A stretch of DNA of 33,104 bases, from positions 1 to 33,104 of IMG/VR virus record IMGVR_UViG_3300005932_000012. One strand, 5' to 3'. Source of the DNA: a virus. Taxonomy: Duplodnaviria; Caudoviricetes. Both the position numbers and the translations under genes were made by a program. Under the pieces are notes generated by a model that made no database searches, was not told where the DNA came from, and saw nothing but the letters and a program-made list of their open reading frames with translations. Shown piece after piece: positions 27,159-32,943 of the stretch (its first letter is position 1; the number at the start of each line of letters is the position of its first letter).

Positions 27159-27533
27159 CTACCCCTTGGCTTGTTGGCGTTCCATGTTACGACGGCGTTT
27201 CTGCTGATCATGCTTACGTCGCAGATCCCGGTGACACTCTTTACACACCCCGCGCACACCGAACTTTCCCCTGCGGTCAGAGTAGAAGTCGCCCCTGACT
27301 TTGATCTCACCACACTTACTACAGCGGATAAACGCCAAGACCCGGTTATGCTCCTGCTTCCGTGTATCCAGACTGGGTGTGTATCTACTTCGTCGGTAGG
27401 CATTCAGGCACGATTTACAGTAAGCCGAGTAGCCATCCAGTGTGTTGGTATCCAGGCTGAACTCTGACACAGGTTTCAGTTCACCGCATCCGATACCGGA
27501 TTCACGGCATTGTTTCATTCTCGGTGCGGGCAA
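27159..27533 (-). CDS. Protein with two tandem C4 zinc-finger modules
   Basis: C..(n)CGE.K....F..D....G....CK.C twice; AGGAG upstream of the TTG start. Confidence 0.75.
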   Translation of the reverse strand: MPAPRMKQCRESGIGCGELKPVSEFSLDTNTLDGYSAYCKSCLNAYRRSRYTPSLDTRKQEHNRVLAFIRCSKCGEIKVRGDFYSDRRGKFGVRGVCKECHRDLRRKHDQQKRRRNMERQQAKG

Positions 27534-27569
27534 GGTGAACTCCTACTGGTTACCGGGTGTAAACTGAGT

Positions 27570-27633
27570 GTGCCGGTGCAAGAATCGAACCCTCGGGTTA
27601 CCCCCGACATACCCTATGCCGAAGCTACTGGCA
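27570..27633 (-). ncRNA. Possible degenerate tRNA-like structured RNA
   Basis: Minus strand TGCCAGT..ACCGGCA outer stem, GC-TTCG-GC tetraloop, TCGGG-GGTAA-CCCGA hairpin and GGTTCGATTC T-loop motif; intergenic. Confidence 0.4.
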
Positions 27634-27652
27634 ATCATTGAACTGGTTAACG

Positions 27653-27907
27653 CTATCTTGGCCGGATACCTTCAGCGATCGCGTCCCACAGGTCACGGCC
27701 TTCCTTCTTTGCCCCGAGACGGGCGAAGATGAACGAAAGGGCAACGAGAATTATACCGGCGGCCTGTGCGTAAGGGTCGTCGATCTTGACGGTATCAGTT
27801 GCTACCGCTCCACTGAGGCCAAGTAGACCGACTGACGTGGCGATGGTTTTCTTACCGGCTACGGCTTTCTTCACAAACGTGGCGAGGGTCAAAATAGTTG
27901 ATAACAT
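27653..27907 (-). CDS. Small membrane protein with about two hydrophobic helices (holin-like)
   Basis: AGKKTIATSVGLLGLSGAV and AAGIILVALSFIFARLG hydrophobic segments with a charged C-terminus; GAGG RBS. Confidence 0.6.
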   Translation of the reverse strand: MLSTILTLATFVKKAVAGKKTIATSVGLLGLSGAVATDTVKIDDPYAQAAGIILVALSFIFARLGAKKEGRDLWDAIAEGIRPR

Positions 27908-27934
27908 GGCTCGGGTACCTCATTGGTAAACTGG

Positions 27935-29389
27935 TCACTCGGACTCAAACTTCATGATGTAGTCCACGATCTTATCGGACCATCCGGTGATACTGTGCCA
28001 GCCGGTAGCCTCATTGGCCACCGTAGGCTGGTAACCGTTGACGTTGATGACATACCCGTAGTCAGCCATCGGTGGCGACATCTGACCTACGTCACTAGCC
28101 TGCTCATCTGTGAGCACGATCATCCGGGTAGTGCTGGCCGTCAACCGGTAGGTGCCCGCGTTTACCATTACCCGGTTCAACGCATCGACACCTGGCATCA
28201 GGTATGTAGCACCGTTGGGAACTGTCTTCGCCGTGGTTTCCCATACTGACATGAAGTTGGAATCCGGTGAGATAGCCACCTCTCCAAATTGAGCCGAGAA
28301 GGCAAACAATCGGACACCGCCGGTGCAACTGGCACGAATGGCCTCAGCCAGTGCGATTGCCCGGTCATACGGTTTAGCGGATACACCTCGGCCATTGTAA
28401 GCTTCACGCCCCTCGAATGGCTCATTGCCCCTACTGTAGTAATCATGTGGCGGCGACATCGATGCGCTCACGTCGACCATGATATACGTCATGCCATCGA
28501 GACTCGTGGTATTGGCCAACGCCGATTGAAACACGGTCAGCAGAGCTTTGCGTATCTCGACGTTTTTCACATTCAGAAATGCCGGAATGAAACGAAACGG
28601 CAACACTTTGGATATGCTGGCAGCGATACTGTCAGTCAGTGCAGACACCACCAGACTGGTATCCACCTCGGCCTGTTCCATGTTACGCAGGTTACGCAGC
28701 AGTGCCATGTAGCCCAGCTTACCCTCGATCAACAGACGGGTGAACGTTTCGCGCTTATCGGCACCAGAAGACAAGGCCACTTCCCAGGTATCCGGTGGAC
28801 TGAGGGTGCCAGTTTTCAACCCCCGGTAAGTTTCACGCTCGTCACCCGTGATCGGTTTCGGATGCGTAAGGCACATGATGTCTTTCAGCGTCACCTTGGC
28901 GGTGCTCTTACGATTATACTTACCCAACTGGTAGGCATCGAACTTGTGAAACGCATCAGAGATACCGAGTTTCATCTGCCGCGAGAGTTTCAACTTCACC
29001 GATCCGCCAATGACGAAGTTATACAGTAGGGCGATCTCCGACAGTTCATCGGCGCGTTGTATGGTGTCACACACTGTAGACCGGATCAACGTAGACTTGG
29101 GGTGGAACGCAGCAAGACAGGCGGCGACCAGTAGGGGTGCATGTCGCACGTACATCTCAGTCCTACCTTCGATCGCAATGTCCCGCAACTTTGCCGGTTC
29201 CACAATCTTACACAACTCGATGATACGCTGGGCACGGTCACTGGATTTTTCATAGTACGTGGGTTCGAACAGCATAGTCGCCATGACGGCGCGTTTGAGT
29301 TCCTGATACGGGGTTCCCGTGGTGGCAGGTGCGCCCTCATGGGTGGTGATCCGGTCACCTTTTGGTTTGACTCGATTGATCGATGCCAT
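27935..29389 (-). CDS. rsr: Ro60/Rsr-like TROVE-domain RNA-binding protein with C-terminal vWA domain (484 aa)
   Basis: THEGAPA, L.E.TYYE, R.EM..RHAPL, IQRADE, F.KFDAYQL.KY, L.D...L.HPKP, PDTWE..LS, LGYMALLRNLRN, S.VLPFRF; MIDAS DVSASM..T..TDEQ. True start is ATG 29389 with GGAGG. Confidence 0.95.
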   Translation of the reverse strand: MASINRVKPKGDRITTHEGAPATTGTPYQELKRAVMATMLFEPTYYEKSSDRAQRIIELCKIVEPAKLRDIAIEGRTEMYVRHAPLLVAACLAAFHPKSTLIRSTVCDTIQRADELSEIALLYNFVIGGSVKLKLSRQMKLGISDAFHKFDAYQLGKYNRKSTAKVTLKDIMCLTHPKPITGDERETYRGLKTGTLSPPDTWEVALSSGADKRETFTRLLIEGKLGYMALLRNLRNMEQAEVDTSLVVSALTDSIAASISKVLPFRFIPAFLNVKNVEIRKALLTVFQSALANTTSLDGMTYIMVDVSASMSPPHDYYSRGNEPFEGREAYNGRGVSAKPYDRAIALAEAIRASCTGGVRLFAFSAQFGEVAISPDSNFMSVWETTAKTVPNGATYLMPGVDALNRVMVNAGTYRLTASTTRMIVLTDEQASDVGQMSPPMADYGYVINVNGYQPTVANEATGWHSITGWSDKIVDYIMKFESE

Positions 29390-29417
29390 GCCGCCTCCGT
29401 TGTAGGGGGAAATGAAA

Positions 29418-29488
29418 AGGGCCCGAGAATTGTTCGCGAAAGGTTTCTTTGTGGTAATTGAAGTAACCATCCACTTCGCTCGGGCCCT
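29418..29488 (-). ncRNA. Y-RNA-like element 3 (71 nt), followed by a U-tract
   Basis: AGGGCCCGAG/CTCGGGCCCT terminal stem; GAGCGAAG..TACTTC 5' motif and GCGAACAATTC 3' motif shared with the YrlA-like RNA. Confidence 0.7.
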
Positions 29489-29494
29489 AAATTG

Positions 29495-29639
29495 ATGAAA
29501 CTGGAATTGATCGCAAGTAGGCTTACAATCCAACTGCTCTACCAACTGAGCTACACGCTGACTTTCGTCATCATGGGTGGGGTCGAACCACCGACCTGTT
29601 GGTCCATACGAAGTATCTACCTGCTGCGCCGAGTCTCAT
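29495..29639 (-). ncRNA. yrlA: YrlA-type Y RNA (circularly permuted tRNA mimic)
   Basis: 5'-ATGAGACT-C-GG-CGCA-GCAGGTAG...CCAAC AGGTC GGTGG-TTCGACC-CCACC (T arm) CATG-[TGAC-GAAA-GTCA]-CGTG (closed acceptor) TA GCTC-AGTTGGTA-GAGC (D arm) A GTTGG...CTACTTGC..CC-AGTTTCAT-3'. The T arm precedes the D arm; adjacent to rsr. Confidence 0.88.
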
Positions 29640-29656
29640 TTTCAATCGGTATGTAA

Positions 29657-29727
29657 AACCCGTGGGAAAGAGATGCTCAGGCATTTTTTCAATCAACGAA
29701 GTATGCCTGAACTGCGCCGCACAGGTT
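29657..29727 (-). ncRNA. Y-RNA-like element 1 (71 nt)
   Basis: AACCTGTG-C-GG/CC-CACGGGTT stem with bulged C; GGCGCAG..ATACTTC motif as in the YrlA-like RNA; inner stem GTTCAGGCAT/ATGCCTGAGC. Confidence 0.72.
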
Positions 29728-29773
29728 GCCAAGGTCAGCCGGGTTTATCACCTAGCCAGTCTTGACATTGAAG

Positions 29774-29802
29774 AAGGTAAGGCGGCCCACAGTAACGGTC
29801 AA
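29774..29802 (-). promoter_or_regulatory. Sigma70-like promoter for the Y-RNA/rsr cassette
   Basis: TTGACC-17 bp-TACCTT on the minus strand; predicted +1 near 29767 coincides with the 5' base of a TGTCAAG/CTTGGCA hairpin. Confidence 0.6.
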
Positions 29803-29893
29803 GGTCGTAACGGTGTTAAGTTGCCGACTTTACCATAGCAAACCCGCCAAACTCCCACTGGGTGGGCAAACTTTGCCCAAACTTTTCCACCTA

Positions 29894-29929
29894 AAACTCT
29901 CGAAACTCTCGAAACTCTCGAAACTCTCA
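29894..29929. repeat. Tandem 9-bp repeat (AAACTCTCG)x4, preceded by degenerate CAAAC units
   Basis: aaactctcg at 29894, 29903 and 29912; aaactctca at 29921. Confidence 0.9.
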
Positions 29930-29960
29930 GCCAAACAGAGAACCAGATTCACAGCCACGG

Positions 29961-30017
29961 GATTCATGACAAAGTTGATCCACAATGCATACAATCTGAT
30001 TCATGACAAAGTTGATC
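29961..30017. repeat. Exact 20-bp direct repeat GATTCATGACAAAGTTGATC (two copies, 37-bp period)
   Basis: Copies at 29961-29980 and 29998-30017. Confidence 0.9.
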
Positions 30018-30114
30018 AACAAAGTGGGTTTTGGCAGCCGTATACCGAGCGATAGGTAAGCAGTCGGGCCAAAAAGAAGCCGAGTACGGTATCGACCCCC
30101 ATACCCGGAATCGG

Positions 30115-30288
30115 TCACATGCTACCGTAGACCGCGATACAGGCGAAAAAGAACAGCACCACGAACACGCACATGGCCAAACAGCCCCGGGCTAGTTGAT
30201 AATCGCGCTCCATTTTCGACAACCGCAAGTGGCGATTTTCCAGCCATGAGCGGTCAAGGTTCTCGGTCCGGTGTGATTCGGGTTTCAT
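30115..30288 (-). CDS. 57-aa protein with a C-terminal transmembrane helix (absent from the ORF track)
   Basis: Manual translation MKPESHRTENLDRSWLENRHLRLSKMERDYQLARGCLAMCVFVVLFFFACIAVYGSM*; same leader sequence as dnaN. Confidence 0.65.
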   Translation of the reverse strand: MKPESHRTENLDRSWLENRHLRLSKMERDYQLARGCLAMCVFVVLFFFACIAVYGSM

Positions 30289-30383
30289 GATGTCCCCTGT
30301 TGTGTGTCCCCTATGGTCAAGTAATCCGAAACGGGGACACGTAATGTGTCCCCGGTTTGGACGGCTTTACTGTTTGGCCATGC

Positions 30384-31583
30384 TCAATCTGTCATACGAA
30401 GAGGCATTACCAACGTGAACGTATCGCGTCCGTTTGGCTGTACTTCGGGTGTCAATATTGCCGCACTTACTGAGCGTATCTCCATACGTACCCAGCCGGT
30501 GGGCAAGTATTTCAAAGATTCGATCAGGTAATCGGCGTTGTAACCGGCTTTTGCCCCTGTACCGCTCACGTTTTCGGCGGGTACTAACGCTGTTGCTTCT
30601 GATCCCGTTTCTCGGTTGCGGACTGTCAGTGTTAGGCCGTTGGTCTCCCCTACCTCTGCACGTATCTGGTGATTTTGGCTACTCGCGACCGTGTACATTT
30701 TCTTAGCTGCTTTTACAAGCGCATCCCGGTCAACACGTATCACAGCGTCAGGGGGTTCTGATTCTCCAGGTGTTACGCTTTCGATGTCAGGGTACGTACC
30801 ATCCGTAGTACGTGCGATGATATGCCATTGCAGGCCCTGCTTAGGCGTTTCTCCGTAGAGTGCAATACGTCCGCGTTCTTCCCCTGCTTTCGCCTCTGCG
30901 TTGTACCGGATCTGAGAAATGGTGCATTTTTTGAGGATACCCAAGGTCACTTTAACCGTGTTAGATGGTATAAGTAGTTGTACTGTTCCATTGGTGTCAT
31001 CGGTGGCTTCGAAGGGTAGGCGTTCGGAATTATCCCATTGGGATACAAGCCGGTGGCCATCGGTCGCAATAACACGGGTACAATCATGCCCACGTCGCAC
31101 ACATACCGCGTCTAATACTGGACGTACCATATCGCCTTGAGATGCTGCGTACAGGGTATCGCGTAACATATTGGTAAGTTCCACGCACTCAAAATCATGC
31201 GCGAAAGTACCCGCATCCGGTAGGGTTGGAAAATCTCCAACGGGCATGGTATTGAGAGTGTACTCGGTACCTTCTTCTGAGAGTGTAAGCCGTTCGGAGT
31301 TGTTCACGTCGGTGCGAATAGTGACCCGTATACCATCATCTACCGCTTTGAGTATGTTCCGCGCTGCTTTTAAGTTGAACAGTACTGAGCCGGATTCGTG
31401 CGCGTGACCCGGAACATCGCAATGTATGACGGTTTCCAGGTCAGAGGAGGAAATGCGTATACCCTGCCCGTTTGCCTGCAACAGGACACACTGCAAGATA
31501 GGTAGGTACCCCCTTGTTGGTGTCACTTTTCCGACTGTTTCCAGCGCGTCCAGTATATCCGCTTTTTCGATTGCTACGTTCAT
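30384..31583 (-). CDS. dnaN: DNA polymerase III beta sliding clamp homolog
   Basis: LPILQ.VL...SSDLE, DFP.LP, YA.S....RPVL, ATDGHRL, G.YPD...V.P, G.NA.YL...L and C-terminal LVMPLR motifs; 399 aa. Confidence 0.93.
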   Translation of the reverse strand: MNVAIEKADILDALETVGKVTPTRGYLPILQCVLLQANGQGIRISSSDLETVIHCDVPGHAHESGSVLFNLKAARNILKAVDDGIRVTIRTDVNNSERLTLSEEGTEYTLNTMPVGDFPTLPDAGTFAHDFECVELTNMLRDTLYAASQGDMVRPVLDAVCVRRGHDCTRVIATDGHRLVSQWDNSERLPFEATDDTNGTVQLLIPSNTVKVTLGILKKCTISQIRYNAEAKAGEERGRIALYGETPKQGLQWHIIARTTDGTYPDIESVTPGESEPPDAVIRVDRDALVKAAKKMYTVASSQNHQIRAEVGETNGLTLTVRNRETGSEATALVPAENVSGTGAKAGYNADYLIESLKYLPTGWVRMEIRSVSAAILTPEVQPNGRDTFTLVMPLRMTD

Positions 31584-31612
31584 GATGTCCCCTGTTGTGT
31601 GTGTTTATGACC

Positions 31613-31660
31613 GGTTCCCTTGTTTGGCACCCGTGCTACCAGGTGCCGAACGGGGGAACC
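31613..31660. other. 19-bp inverted repeat (intergenic hairpin)
   Basis: ggttcccttgtttggcacc-10 nt-ggtgccgaacgggggaacc. Confidence 0.75.
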
Positions 31661-31675
31661 ACCCCCGTGTGTGTG

Positions 31676-31945
31676 TCAGCCTGTTATTATCAAGGCCGGT
31701 TCTGTCGAGCCGGTAGACCACTGCTCTTCCTCTTTTGCTGTCAGTATCAATCTGAGACCGATAGTACAACGCCCATCCAGCCATTCAGTCGTTTTTACCC
31801 ATCCAACGCGCTCCCGTGTGAAAATTGCATCAACGTCTATACCGTGCTGCTCCCACTCTTTGCGCAGATGGTATAAACAACTGCGTTTCCTCTCTTCGAT
31901 ATCGAGTATCCAGTCTGGAAGTGTGGTATATATCCATTCAGTCAT
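31676..31945 (-). CDS. Hypothetical protein
   Basis: ORF 31676..31966; ATG 31945 follows an ACACACAC-GGGG leader. Confidence 0.6.
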   Translation of the reverse strand: MTEWIYTTLPDWILDIEERKRSCLYHLRKEWEQHGIDVDAIFTRERVGWVKTTEWLDGRCTIGLRLILTAKEEEQWSTGSTEPALIITG

Positions 31946-31962
31946 GTCGCGCCCCGTGTGTG

Positions 31963-32400
31963 TCAATGGTTATCGAAGATGTGAAGCTGTCCTGATTCAC
32001 CGCGTTCAGACCAGATATCGCCACCCAATTCCAAGTCACGGGCGAAGGCGTCGTAATCGAAGTAAAATGAAAGGTTTCCCATCATCTTTTCCAGATCATA
32101 GCAGCCGTCAATGTAATCCTCTGCGTATGCCTTGACGGTATCCCATGTACCACGGTACGCGTCGATGAATGCTTCGTAGTGAGTCTGTATATTAGCTATG
32201 TAAGTTGGCTTTTCCCCTATGTTCGCCAGGTACAACCCGAACGGTTCCCCGTGTTCGTCGTCGAAGTCACTGCCAAGCATCCAGTACGGGTTATCTTCCC
32301 TGCATGTTTCACACACCGGTTCGCCGTCAACGTCTAACGGCGTATTCTCCGGTAGATTGTCATGGTCGCATAGACTGCATGTGTACGTTTTAGTAGTCAT
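31963..32400 (-). CDS. ardA: ArdA-like antirestriction protein (C-terminal domain) with an N-terminal CxxC..CxxC module
   Basis: Acidic; F.DAY.G.W....YAEDYID...L..YFDYDAFARDL..GGD motif; start reassigned to ATG 32400 (MTTKTY) with AGGGG RBS. Confidence 0.8.
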   Translation of the reverse strand: MTTKTYTCSLCDHDNLPENTPLDVDGEPVCETCREDNPYWMLGSDFDDEHGEPFGLYLANIGEKPTYIANIQTHYEAFIDAYRGTWDTVKAYAEDYIDGCYDLEKMMGNLSFYFDYDAFARDLELGGDIWSERGESGQLHIFDNH

Positions 32401-32600
32401 ATTGTAGCCCCTGTTTTTGCGATCATGTCGCACGCGGCACAACGGTACCGGATACGGCCTTCTACGTCTATCTGATACACCTGATCTATCAGAACCGGAT
32501 GATCGATACCGCACTCAGTACCGCAACAGTCGCACATCTTGTGTTGATACGTACCGGGATATGTCCGAGCGTATGACTGATCTATGTCTACGTCATTCAT
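32397..32600 (-). CDS. Small zinc-ribbon protein
   Basis: CDCC...CAAC; ATG 32600 (MNDVDI) with AGGGG RBS; ATGA-coupled to ardA. Confidence 0.6.
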   Translation of the reverse strand: MNDVDIDQSYARTYPGTYQHKMCDCCGTECGIDHPVLIDQVYQIDVEGRIRYRCAACDMIAKTGATI

Positions 32601-32943
32601 GCTGTACCCCTTTTTTACCCATGTTACGCAACTGGGTTGTATGGATCCCGTAAGGATAGAAGTATGCCCCGTTTTGGAATCCAACGATGTTTTTACGGTA
32701 AACAACCATGTTCGAGGTTATCGCCGGGCCCCGTAAACGTACAAACGTGATATTCGCCCGTATCGCCTCTATTGCTTCGCGCTCAGTCACCGGGATACCA
32801 TACCCGTCTATCTCCTTGCGGTTCAGTACTCTGCGAAGTGTCGAGGTATCGCATGAAGAACACGGGAAGTGATAACTCAGCCTGTTGACTTCTACGTATC
32901 CAGTGTATGAGTGCCTAAGTCCATGTAATGGATTATTGTTCAT
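32593..32943 (-). CDS. Hypothetical protein
   Basis: ORF 32593..32973; ATG 32943 with GGGGG RBS and an ATGA overlap. Confidence 0.55.
   Translation of the reverse strand: MNNNPLHGLRHSYTGYVEVNRLSYHFPCSSCDTSTLRRVLNRKEIDGYGIPVTEREAIEAIRANITFVRLRGPAITSNMVVYRKNIVGFQNGAYFYPYGIHTTQLRNMGKKGVQHE

Noticed and set aside
226-29461. Numerous plus-strand ORFs (e.g. 5549..6286, 9439..10008, 13736..14404, 28289..29029)
   Set aside because: They are antisense shadows of well-supported minus-strand genes and carry no recognisable motifs.
29390-29545. 52-aa N-terminal extension of the TROVE ORF in the ORF track
   Set aside because: It runs through the Y-RNA elements. ATG 29389 has a GGAGG RBS and gives a typical TROVE N-terminus.
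29525-29605. Canonical tRNA gene or tRNA-derived attP site
   Set aside because: The T arm precedes the D arm, there is no anticodon loop or CCA end, and no integrase is in the window. It fits YrlA instead.
29961-30022. Mini CRISPR array
   Set aside because: Only two copies of a 20-bp repeat with a 17-bp gap, too short for a spacer, and no cas operon. The PD-(D/E)XK gene is a generic phage nuclease.
29762-30055. Plus-strand TTGACA at 29762 and ORF 29762..30055
   Set aside because: No -10 box at 16-18 bp spacing; the TTGACA is one arm of the leader hairpin; the KLSKLSKLS peptide is just the tandem repeat.
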